Made by a program: the position numbers and the translations under genes
The notes under the pieces: model-generated
Told to the model about the DNA's origin: nothing
The model's input: the letters and a program-made list of their open reading frames with translations, nothing else
The model's database searches: none
Assembly: GCA_965552135.1 (NCBI GenBank)
Contig: CBEVQY010000007.1
Span: 15,081-79,080 of the forward strand
Source: an uncultured bacterium
GTDB taxonomy: Bacteria > UBP14 > UBA6098 > B30-G16
Direction: 5' to 3'
Length of the DNA: 64,000 nt
Shown here: positions 49,292 through 57,649 of the stretch, piece by piece
Numbering within the stretch: the first letter of the stretch is position 1
How the letters are laid out: each line of letters starts with the position of its first letter

Positions 49292-51223
49292 ATGCGCAAA
49301 ATAATCGGAGCGTGTGTTATATTTACGGTGTATGCGTTTAGCCAGGACCTGCCGATTTTTCTGAAGGCAGATTCGATCGCAGTCGAAAAGCTTTTGCGGA
49401 CAGTGGGGAGCTCTTTCTATACATCAGATTTCCTGCACAGATTCGAGCGGGGTTATGTAGAAACTGTGCTTGTGAGCGATAGCATTTGCGATAACGACAC
49501 ATGCTATCCTTCGGGGTACGAGACGCTTCGAGTGGTTGTAGATATTGGCGATAGCGCATTGATTGAGCTTGCAGCCGATACGTTCTGGATTTACGGCGAC
49601 AAGAAGAAAATGCAGTTTGCGCTAAATCCCTTCGTTGACAGGAACACAGATTCAAGCGGCGACGAGTATTATCTTTTGTTTACAAAGGATGAGCCTTTCT
49701 GTGATACTATTATATCAAAGGATGGTCAAAGTGTTCTCTGTCAGTGGTGCGGCAGGCGGAAAGTTTTTGAATTTTGGTATCCCGAAAGCGCCGGCGCTGC
49801 ACTGCTTTTAAGGAGAACGCGGATTGAACTCTACCCGGAGCAGGACAGCTGCAGGTCGAGGCAGGTCAATATAGTTCCTTTTGGGAACTTTGTTGTTAAA
49901 GATGAAACCGGCCCGGTGCAGATGGTGGATGAGAGTGGAGAAATTATCTTGCGGAGAGCCGATGATATTGTGCCTGTGACACGAAAACCTGTTTATAGAA
50001 AGGATGCTCTTATAAATTTGCGTTATAACCCCGACTCCATATTAACTACGAATCAGGATACTGCTATAATTCCATTTCTCGTTGTTGACGGTAGCTGGCT
50101 GGTGCGCTGGAAGTGGATATGGGGCGAATATGCCGCCGAAAGCGGAACCTACATAGGCTATGCCGCAGTCTGGGATGATATCCCATGGGGTGGGTTTGAG
50201 TATACAGACGAGGGGTTGCTTCAGGTTGCGATGGCGGCACCAGCGCAGTACTGCCCGATCTCAGGTGGCGATACGCTCGGCTATGTCGACAGCGTTATCG
50301 CCCTACTCGAAAGCGATGGAATCGCCGATGACAGCCTTTTCGTATGCTATCCGCGCGATACCGTCGCTGAGTGGGGGTGGCACAGGATTCGGGATATATT
50401 TTATAAAAACTTCAACAGTGATAGTTCACATTGTCCCATAGTATTCTCCAGACCTGTTGACACGCTGTTCACATCCGCTGGGAATTTATGCGATAATTCG
50501 CGTCAGGTTTACTTTTGCTCGGCTTCCGAAGCCTGTGATGGAGTGGGCGGTATGGCATCATGTGGACACGCATATTTCAGGGATTTTTGGGCAGACGCTC
50601 TGCATTTTTACAGCGCCTTCAGCATACCCGCGCTATGCGATTTAGGTGTTATACCCTACTCAGTTGAACAGATTGTTCACAGTGATCCTGAACTTGTTTT
50701 ATATATTATTGCTGCTGGTTCCGTGCCGCGCATCTGGATCAACGGGAATGAATATATAGTTTCGCCGTCGTACTTTCCGCCATACGGCGATCCATACGGT
50801 TATGTCCTCAACGGCTACAGGGCGGTTATAGATTCGCCTGCCGTAGACTGGTATGGGTTGAACACAGTTGAGGTCGAGCACGTTTCACCACTGCAGGATG
50901 GTCTGGGGGCGCAGGTAGTATTTGCTCTTCGGTTCTGTCCACCGTCAACCTCTTTATATATCCAGCCTATTTGTGAGGGTGACACGCTCATTCTTAACGC
51001 GCCTTTATATTCAGGCACTGAGGTCGCCGACTCGGGGCAGGCTCGAGATACAGCTGTTGTCGCGGGTGTCGACTCGCTCTCAGCCGTTCTGGCAACGCAA
51101 AACATAGACGGAGTGTGGCAGCCCGTCAACTTTACTTTGTCCGATTCTACGGTTATTGTCATCTTCGATTCGACGTTGACGCAGCCCCGTCGTTGGCGTT
51201 GGTGGTTTTTCTCACGTTATTAA
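49292..51223 (+). CDS. Large exported hypothetical protein
   Basis: Signal peptide MRKIIGACVIFTVYAFS; many D-[ST]-hydrophobic motifs and cysteines. Confidence 0.65.
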   Translation: MRKIIGACVIFTVYAFSQDLPIFLKADSIAVEKLLRTVGSSFYTSDFLHRFERGYVETVLVSDSICDNDTCYPSGYETLRVVVDIGDSALIELAADTFWIYGDKKKMQFALNPFVDRNTDSSGDEYYLLFTKDEPFCDTIISKDGQSVLCQWCGRRKVFEFWYPESAGAALLLRRTRIELYPEQDSCRSRQVNIVPFGNFVVKDETGPVQMVDESGEIILRRADDIVPVTRKPVYRKDALINLRYNPDSILTTNQDTAIIPFLVVDGSWLVRWKWIWGEYAAESGTYIGYAAVWDDIPWGGFEYTDEGLLQVAMAAPAQYCPISGGDTLGYVDSVIALLESDGIADDSLFVCYPRDTVAEWGWHRIRDIFYKNFNSDSSHCPIVFSRPVDTLFTSAGNLCDNSRQVYFCSASEACDGVGGMASCGHAYFRDFWADALHFYSAFSIPALCDLGVIPYSVEQIVHSDPELVLYIIAAGSVPRIWINGNEYIVSPSYFPPYGDPYGYVLNGYRAVIDSPAVDWYGLNTVEVEHVSPLQDGLGAQVVFALRFCPPSTSLYIQPICEGDTLILNAPLYSGTEVADSGQARDTAVVAGVDSLSAVLATQNIDGVWQPVNFTLSDSTVIVIFDSTLTQPRRWRWWFFSRY

Positions 51224-51232
51224 TAAAGGAAG

Positions 51233-52594
51233 GTGAGTATGATCGGTAAACCCGTTTCTCCCACGGCGGCTTTGGTGGAGGAATCGGGACGGCGCCGTGT
51301 CGTCAATATCTCTATAAAACGTCGTTTTTATAAAGATCACGACACGGGCACGCTGTGCGCAATAGATTCAACGCCGGTTGACGCACGGCGACACGGCGGA
51401 TATAAATTCGAAATATTGCGACACACCCTGTTCTTTGCGTTTGCGCCTTCAGAACGCAGTTTGCCCTTCTTACGCATAACTGATCCCTCCACCGGTGCTG
51501 CGTGGGCTATATGGTTCATGAAAGCCGGCGGCGCGTATATACTGCCGCGCCTTTGCGAAAAGCTCGGCAACGGCGTTCTGTGGCAGATCGATGAATTATC
51601 TACTTTTGAGCTCCGAGTCCTGGGTCATAGGGTCAATAAAATAATCAAGCTTGAGCGGCGCCCGAGCTGGAATAAACTGGTTTTCAGGTTCGCTCGGGGC
51701 GGAGGTGATCTGCTTCCCGCAAAGGAGTCAACTCCGCTGCTTGCCGCGTTCAGGAAGGGGCGGGTATTGCCCCTCTTCTGGTTCGCTCCACCGTCTTGTT
51801 GGGACAGCGCGGACCGAAGGGGCGAAATTATTTATAATATAGTTCCTATTCGCTCTGGCGTCTGGGAGCTTGAAGTGACGCTTGACCCTCAGTGGCTCGA
51901 CGAGGCAGTTTATCCTGTATATATCGATCCGTCGTTAGTGCTGCAGCCGGCAAGTGCCGAAGGAAAGGATAATTATATATACAATACCACTAGAACGTCG
52001 AACCGCGGTGTGGCGCCCGATATTAGAATTGTTAAGGAATCCGCGGCTCTTCTGCGAACCCTCATACAGTTCGACTTAAGCGCTATTCCGCCAGGTGCAA
52101 ATATAATAAGCTCCGTTTTGCATTTATATCTGAATCGCGGTTGGTATCCGATGATTGAGGTACACGCAAACAGGATAATCGCGCACTGGGAGGAGGGCGG
52201 ATGCAACGGCTCGACGTGTTACGAGGCGTCGTGTTGGGATTATAGAAGCTACGATACATTGCCCTGGGGCGAGCCCGGCGCCGGTGCAGTCGGCGTTGAC
52301 ATCGCTGAGTTTACGGAGGTCACCGACTGCGGCGGCACTATATCGGACATCGACGTCGACCTGACGGAATCGACGCAGCAGATAGTAAACGGTGCGCCCA
52401 ACTACGGCTGGCGCCTGAGGTGCAGCGAAAACGTATATACTGAAGGGAGCTCCTTCTGCTCCAGCGACTACTCCGAGCCAAACCTGCATCCGATGCTTAC
52501 CGTCGAGTATGAGCAGCCAACGACGGTTATTCCAGTGGGGCCGGGCGCCATTGCGGGGCGCGGAACGGTCGAACCGTTGGCGAAAGGAGGTTGA
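51233..52594 (+). CDS. DNRLRE-domain protein
   Basis: WLDEAVYPVYIDPS, KDNYI, RTLIQFDLSAIPPGANIISSVLHLY, NYGWRL, PMLTVEY. Confidence 0.75.
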   Translation: MSMIGKPVSPTAALVEESGRRRVVNISIKRRFYKDHDTGTLCAIDSTPVDARRHGGYKFEILRHTLFFAFAPSERSLPFLRITDPSTGAAWAIWFMKAGGAYILPRLCEKLGNGVLWQIDELSTFELRVLGHRVNKIIKLERRPSWNKLVFRFARGGGDLLPAKESTPLLAAFRKGRVLPLFWFAPPSCWDSADRRGEIIYNIVPIRSGVWELEVTLDPQWLDEAVYPVYIDPSLVLQPASAEGKDNYIYNTTRTSNRGVAPDIRIVKESAALLRTLIQFDLSAIPPGANIISSVLHLYLNRGWYPMIEVHANRIIAHWEEGGCNGSTCYEASCWDYRSYDTLPWGEPGAGAVGVDIAEFTEVTDCGGTISDIDVDLTESTQQIVNGAPNYGWRLRCSENVYTEGSSFCSSDYSEPNLHPMLTVEYEQPTTVIPVGPGAIAGRGTVEPLAKGG

Positions 52595-52595
52595 A

Positions 52596-53384
52596 ATGAT
52601 ATATAAGGCGGGTGAATCTATAACTTTTGTTGCGTATTATACGTCGAGCGGTGTGGCGAAGACAGGGCTTACCGACGTGATCGCCAAGGTCGTCCGGATC
52701 GGCTACGGCGAGGTGGCGTCTCCAAGCGTCGTCGAGGAGGGATACGGTTTTTACAGCTGCACGTTCACCCCGTCCGAAGACGGCGTTTATGTGTGTCAGT
52801 TTAAGACGGACGACAACACAGTTGACCAGAAGGAGCTTGCCGCCATTGCGTTCCGCGGCGTTGGCGGTCATAACAACTTAGATGCGGCTGTGTCGACGAG
52901 GCTTGCTTCGGCAGATTACACCCCTCCGCCGTCGGTCGACGAGATAGACGACAGGCTCACCTCGTCGCACGGGGCGGGGAGCTGGCAGGCTGTTGGTGTT
53001 GAGCCCATCGTCCTCAGGCTCTCTGCCGACGAGCTTGCCGCACTTCTGGACGGACAGTCGCGAAGACCCATATCGGTCTTCCGCGGCGACAGCCTCGAGC
53101 TGGATATAACCGTCGTCGACTCCAGCGGAGATCCCGTCGACCTCACGGGGGCGTCGGCGGTGTTCACCGCAAAGACGTCGGAAAGCGACGAGGAGCCTGT
53201 AATACAAAAGTCGCTCGATATATACGATCCGCCGGCAGGCAAGATGCGTCTGTCGCTCTCGGAGACAGACACTCGGTTGCCTGTAAGCATCTATCCCGCC
53301 GACATCGAGATCACGCTGTCCGACGGGAGAGTGAAGACGGTGTGGAGCTCGCATCTTCAGATAAAGTGGGACGTGAGCAGGTGA
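52596..53384 (+). CDS. Structural protein with C-terminal BppU-like Ig domain
   Basis: LDAAVSTR motif; C-terminal FRGDSLELDITV.D..G.PVDLTGASA.FTAK...DIEIT..DG.V.T. Confidence 0.6.
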   Translation: MIYKAGESITFVAYYTSSGVAKTGLTDVIAKVVRIGYGEVASPSVVEEGYGFYSCTFTPSEDGVYVCQFKTDDNTVDQKELAAIAFRGVGGHNNLDAAVSTRLASADYTPPPSVDEIDDRLTSSHGAGSWQAVGVEPIVLRLSADELAALLDGQSRRPISVFRGDSLELDITVVDSSGDPVDLTGASAVFTAKTSESDEEPVIQKSLDIYDPPAGKMRLSLSETDTRLPVSIYPADIEITLSDGRVKTVWSSHLQIKWDVSR

Positions 53385-53387
53385 GGT

Positions 53388-54638
53388 ATGAAGCTCAGGA
53401 CTATAAAACGAGTATCGCAGGCGAAATATATAATATGGCGGCGCTACCTGAGGAGGTGGTTTGGACGGCACCGTGAGGGCAGGGTTTACGTGATTGAGTT
53501 TTTTGCCGGTCCGGGCATATATCCCGGCGGGTTTCGTGGAACGCCAATTATAACGGCAGAGGAGGCAGCAAGGCATGCCGGGGGGAAGAGGGAGATTTCG
53601 CTTATATTTGTCGAAAGCGACGGTGAGATCGCTTCCAGGCTTCGTGAGAATTTGCCGGAGGGCGTTGACAGGGTGTCTTCGTCCGTTATCAACGCCCGCG
53701 CGGAGGAGGTTATACCGCACATTGCGGAGACTTTGGGCGATTCTCCTGCGCTCGTCCTCGTTGATCCTTACGGGTATCCGCCGCCGACGCGCCTTCTGAG
53801 GGAGCTCCTTCGGCTGCCCGGCGCCGAGGCTTTCGTGAACTTCATGTGGTTCCGCATCAACATGGACCTCTTCCGCCGCGGCGGCGAGCTACCCATAGGA
53901 CGCTTCTGGGGCAGGGGATTCGACGGCGAGCTTGTTGCGCCGCTTCGGAGGCTCGGGAAGCTTTGGCGCAGCGCGGCTTTCCTGGTGAGGGCTGCTGAAA
54001 GGATATCGTCGAGGTTCTGCGTGCCGTTTCGCGTGTGTTACGGTCCCGACGACGTGGTGGGAAAGCTTAGGAGCGTGCGGACGAAGTACTTCCTCGCTCA
54101 CCTTTCCAACTCGCTTTGGGCGGCGCTCGACGCAAGGGACGTTATGTGGTCTGTGGGAGATTTCCCGGGCTCGTTCAGGTACACGGGGCTTTCGGATCCG
54201 CAGATTCCAGAGCCTTTGCTGCGCAGGGCAGAAAAGGCGTTGCGGGATGTGCTCCCTGGGGTTTTATTGTCGATGTTTGGGGGGCGCAGGGTGAAGCTTG
54301 GCGCGGTTCTTGAGGGCACCTTGGGCTTGCCCTGCAGAACGGAGACCGTCGTCTGGGCATTGAGGAGGCTTGGCAGGGAGGGTCTCCTGCTTGCCGACGG
54401 CGCGATATCGGCAAGGCGGCTTGAGACGAACATCCGCTTCGCCTATGCCCACGCGCACGAAAATAGAGTGGACCGAGATCTCCTGGAACCCGTCGACCGG
54501 CTGCACGAAGGTGAGCGAGGGATGCGCTCACTGCTACGCAGAGCGGTTCGCCCTGAGGCTGCAGAGGATGGGAAACCCAAAGTACAAAAAGGGCTTTCGC
54601 GTGGCGTTGCATCCCGAGCTCGTCGACGCGCCCCTTAG
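53388..54638 (+). CDS. tcmP: Three-Cys-motif partner protein (TcmP-like); true end probably near 54446
   Basis: K..I..RYL..W, EFFAGPG, GTP, LVDPYG, EAFVNFM; adjacent to DUF5131. Confidence 0.75.
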   Translation: MKLRTIKRVSQAKYIIWRRYLRRWFGRHREGRVYVIEFFAGPGIYPGGFRGTPIITAEEAARHAGGKREISLIFVESDGEIASRLRENLPEGVDRVSSSVINARAEEVIPHIAETLGDSPALVLVDPYGYPPPTRLLRELLRLPGAEAFVNFMWFRINMDLFRRGGELPIGRFWGRGFDGELVAPLRRLGKLWRSAAFLVRAAERISSRFCVPFRVCYGPDDVVGKLRSVRTKYFLAHLSNSLWAALDARDVMWSVGDFPGSFRYTGLSDPQIPEPLLRRAEKALRDVLPGVLLSMFGGRRVKLGAVLEGTLGLPCRTETVVWALRRLGREGLLLADGAISARRLETNIRFAYAHAHENRVDRDLLEPVDRLHEGERGMRSLLRRAVRPEAAEDGKPKVQKGLSRGVASRARRRAP

Positions 54639-55185
54639 GTGGAAGAAACCCGCAATAATTTTCGTGAACTCCATGAGCGACCTCTTCCACGAGGAGATAC
54701 CAGAGGACTTCATCGCCAGGGTCTTCGAGACGATGAGGAGGGCGAGCTGGCATATCTTCCAGGTCCTCACCAAGCGCTCGAGGAGGCTTTTGGAGCTTTC
54801 GGGGAGGCTCCCCTGGGCGCCGAACATCTGGATGGGCGTCACCGTTGAGCTCTCAAAGTACTACTTCCGGATAGACGATCTCGTTCGTGTTCCCGCGGCG
54901 GTTCGCTTCGTCTCCCTCGAGCCGATGCTCGGACCGATGCCGGACCTGCCCCTTGAGGGCATCGATTGGGTCATAGTTGGCGGCGAGTCGGGACCGAAGG
55001 CAAGACCTATGCGCAGGGAGTGGGTTTTGGACGTCCTTGCGCAGTGCAGGAGGGCTGGTGTCCCCTTCTTCTTCAAGCAGTGGGGCGGAAGCGGTCCCGA
55101 CAAGGGCGGAAAGCTCCTCGACGGAAAGGTGTATCACGAATACCCACCCCAGGTCGAACGCATAAAGGGCGGAAGGCTGATATAA
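54445..55185 (+). CDS. DUF5131 / phage Gp37-Gp68 family (radical-SAM-like)
   Basis: TKIEWT..SWNP.TGCTKVSEGCAHCYA, FVNSMSDLFHE, LTKR, WVIVGGESG, FFFKQWGG. Confidence 0.92.
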   Translation: MPTRTKIEWTEISWNPSTGCTKVSEGCAHCYAERFALRLQRMGNPKYKKGFRVALHPELVDAPLRWKKPAIIFVNSMSDLFHEEIPEDFIARVFETMRRASWHIFQVLTKRSRRLLELSGRLPWAPNIWMGVTVELSKYYFRIDDLVRVPAAVRFVSLEPMLGPMPDLPLEGIDWVIVGGESGPKARPMRREWVLDVLAQCRRAGVPFFFKQWGGSGPDKGGKLLDGKVYHEYPPQVERIKGGRLI

Positions 55186-55215
55186 AAGCCCGCCTGTGAT
55201 CACGCCAACCAGGAG

Positions 55216-55674
55216 ATGCCTATGCACGAAAGGGAGATTCGCAAGATAATAATCCACTGCTCTGCGTCGGACTTCGGCGACGTGCAGACGATAAGGGTTT
55301 GGCACAGGCTGCGCGGCTTTTCCGACATCGGGTATCACTTCGTGATCCTCAACGGTCGCAGGCAGCCCTTTGGTGGCTACAGAAAGGACGACGACGGCTT
55401 TGTGGAGCTTGGCAGACCCTGGTGGAGGGTTGGCGCCCACTGCAAGGGGCACAACAGGGACTCGATAGGTATCTGTCTTGTTGGCAACCCGGGCTTTGTC
55501 GCCGCGCCCGAGAGGTGGTTCACCTCCGGGCAGCTTGCGTCGCTGCGGAGGCTTGTTGCCCAGCTCCTTTCCGAGTTTCGCCTAAGCCCCAACGACGTCT
55601 TCGGACACAACGACTTCGCGCCGAAGATATGCCCGGGCTTTAGGGTCGAGCTTATCCGAAGCTGGTGGCGATAA
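55216..55674 (+). CDS. N-acetylmuramoyl-L-alanine amidase (T7 lysozyme-like endolysin)
   Basis: IIIHCSAS, WH..RGFSDIGYHFVI, GAHCKGHN..SIGICLVG, GHND...KICPGF. Confidence 0.92.
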   Translation: MPMHEREIRKIIIHCSASDFGDVQTIRVWHRLRGFSDIGYHFVILNGRRQPFGGYRKDDDGFVELGRPWWRVGAHCKGHNRDSIGICLVGNPGFVAAPERWFTSGQLASLRRLVAQLLSEFRLSPNDVFGHNDFAPKICPGFRVELIRSWWR

Positions 55675-56020
55675 GCCTCTTTGCCGCCAGCGCGCACAAA
55701 AGCGCCCAGAATATCGAGGCAAGCGTTCCAATGAGGTAGTACTCGGTGAACCTTCGGCTCTCAAGCTCCCTGAAGCGTGCTATCGATTTTGCGGCGAATA
55801 TCCACCCCAGCGCCTCTGGATGACCGTTGAACGCCAGAAGGAAGACAAGCGCTCTCTCGAGGTATCCTATTGCCACCGAAAGCCTTGTGGCTCCGCTGTT
55901 CGCGCCTTCGACCTCCGAGGCAAGCCTTATCCCCAGCACAACCTTGACGGCTCTGCAGAGCATATCGCCGCCCAGAAGCGCCACCGCGAACGATGCAACC
56001 TCCACCAGAGCCTGTGCCAT
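55652..56020 (-). CDS. DUF3307-like membrane protein (short form)
   Basis: IGYLER...AAKSIARF..L....FTEYYLIGTLAS, typical of the SatD partner. Confidence 0.7.
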   Translation of the reverse strand: MAQALVEVASFAVALLGGDMLCRAVKVVLGIRLASEVEGANSGATRLSVAIGYLERALVFLLAFNGHPEALGWIFAAKSIARFRELESRRFTEYYLIGTLASIFWALLCALAAKRLIATSFG

Positions 56021-56038
56021 GCCTCCACCCCGGGATTA

Positions 56039-56086
56039 ACAACCTCAGCAGGTTGTATTTTATGATTACAACCTCATTGGGTTGTA
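56039..56086. promoter_or_regulatory. Two tandem palindromic operator-like sites ACAACC-N6-GGTTGT
   Basis: ACAACCTCAGCAGGTTGT (56039-56056) and ACAACCTCATTGGGTTGT (56068-56085), each followed by ATTTT; 29 bp period. Confidence 0.7.
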
Positions 56087-56766
56087 TTTTTCGCCTCGAG
56101 GGCGTCGATGCAGATGGCGATGAGCTCGCCTATGCTGCGCTCCGCCGCCACGACCTCGTCGAAGAAGGACTGCTCCAGCGCCTTTGCCACGTTCTGCTGG
56201 GTCGTGCCAAGCATCTCCGCTATTTGAACCTGCTTTAGGTTTTTCCGCGCGAGGCGGATGAGCTGGCGCTGCCGCGCCGTCCACCTCGACTTAAGCGCGC
56301 AGACAAGCCTCGCAAGCGAGCTTAGGAGTCTGCTTTGGTCGTCGTCGCCGGTGCAGACGGCAGCGATGCTCCACTTGTGGTGCCTCTTGAGCGGATCAAG
56401 CGCCCTTCGCGCGTTCAGGAAGGCTTCGCCGGAGGTTTTGCCGAGATTTTCGCAGCTGCCCACGACGTCGCCTGTGCCGATGCCGCAGCGGATGAGGACA
56501 GGATCACCAAGCCGGGCGTTGCCGGAAAGCCACAAAAGCTCCTCGAACTCGTCGAAGACCGCCATCGAGGCGGAGGGCTTTCGGAGGACCATCTGCACGG
56601 TGTCGCCGAGGACGATCTGGGGACCTGCGAGGAGCACATCGCCGAGGCTTTTCGCAAGCTCGCTTATGCAGTCGCCGACGACGTCGACAAGTTTTGTGTA
56701 TTCGAACCGCCTCGACCTTATCACGTCGCAGGTGAGGACGGCGTATTTGCCGCGGACTTCGTCCAT
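56074..56766 (-). CDS. SatD-family protein (cyclase-like palm plus C-terminal HTH)
   Basis: YAVLTCDVIRSR, GDTVQ, RCGIGTG, GEAFLNARRAL, WTARQ...Q..IAEMLGTTQQNV. Confidence 0.8.
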   Translation of the reverse strand: MDEVRGKYAVLTCDVIRSRRFEYTKLVDVVGDCISELAKSLGDVLLAGPQIVLGDTVQMVLRKPSASMAVFDEFEELLWLSGNARLGDPVLIRCGIGTGDVVGSCENLGKTSGEAFLNARRALDPLKRHHKWSIAAVCTGDDDQSRLLSSLARLVCALKSRWTARQRQLIRLARKNLKQVQIAEMLGTTQQNVAKALEQSFFDEVVAAERSIGELIAICIDALEAKNTTQ

Positions 56767-56822
56767 ACCTCGAAATTTCGTCAAAGGCTTTGCCGAGGTC
56801 AAACGAAAAAGGAGGTGATAGA

Positions 56823-57134
56823 TTGAACGCGTTGGTCGAGAGGCTGATTGAGCTTGGAGCCGTTCCGCTTATCATGCTTTTTCTGGGCTACCTTGCCGGG
56901 CGCTACCTCAAGCCCTGGCTTCACAGCTCGCAGGAGCGCCTTGCGCGGGCGCAAGAGATAGCCCTCGTCGCCGACAGAATAACCGACGAGCTTTTGGTCA
57001 TGTTCCCCGACCAGCGCTGGGACGACTGGCTCGACAAGGCAGTGGATAGGCTCATCAAGGCGTGCGACCTGAAGGACGCCGACCTTGCGCGCAGAGAGGT
57101 GGTCTCTCAGCTTAGGAGGAAGGTTGGGCGATGA
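56823..57134 (+). CDS. Putative holin-like single-TM protein
   Basis: AAGGAGG SD with TTG start; N-terminal TM then charged helical tail; near the endolysin. Confidence 0.5.
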   Translation: MNALVERLIELGAVPLIMLFLGYLAGRYLKPWLHSSQERLARAQEIALVADRITDELLVMFPDQRWDDWLDKAVDRLIKACDLKDADLARREVVSQLRRKVGR

Positions 57135-57649
57135 AATCGTGCGAAGTTCTTTGGGTTTCGCGGGTCGTCTCCGCCGCACTGCGGCACTTCCCGGGGGAGT
57201 GTGGGGACGACCCGCACTTCCCGCTTTGGTTCGTCGCGGCGGCGAAGGTGCGGTCCGGGCTTTGCCCGTCGTTTTCGGGCGAGAAGGGGAGCGGGATGTT
57301 CGCCCTAAGCGATGAGGTCTTCGGCGAGATGCGCTGGCGGCTCCGCATTCCGGATGGGGTATCGCCGCTCGATCCCGAGGCGAACATCGACGCGGCGCTG
57401 GGGTATATCCGGTGGCTCTTCGACCACTTCGCGGAGGCTGCGGCAACGCCCGACGATGCCTTGATGATGTCGCTTTCGTGCCTGGACGGCGGTCTCCTTC
57501 GCGCGCTCAGGGCGCTCAGGGGGCTTCGGGCGCCGGTGAGGTTTTCTCAGTTTGCCGCCTTCGTCGGGGACGGCGACGCGCTCGCGCAGGTCGCCCGCAT
57601 CGCCGCCCTGAAACTCTCGCTCCAGCTCGGGGTCGACGTCACCTTATGA
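57131..57649 (+). CDS. Degenerate SLT/lytic-transglycosylase-like protein
   Basis: GSGMFAL...PLDPEANIDAALGYIRWLFDHF resembles the SLT core; catalytic ES motif absent (VRS). Confidence 0.55.
   Translation: MKSCEVLWVSRVVSAALRHFPGECGDDPHFPLWFVAAAKVRSGLCPSFSGEKGSGMFALSDEVFGEMRWRLRIPDGVSPLDPEANIDAALGYIRWLFDHFAEAAATPDDALMMSLSCLDGGLLRALRALRGLRAPVRFSQFAAFVGDGDALAQVARIAALKLSLQLGVDVTL

Larger units (their letters stand above)
39862..57649. mobile_element. Phage-derived head/packaging/lysis cluster (GTA-like or defective prophage)
   Basis: Terminase, portal, scaffold, capsid, head-completion, amidase and holin candidate in order; no integrase or replication genes seen. Confidence 0.8.

Noticed and set aside
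56039..56090. Possible mini CRISPR array
   Set aside because: Only two short units with a 29 bp period, no spacer-length gaps and no cas genes
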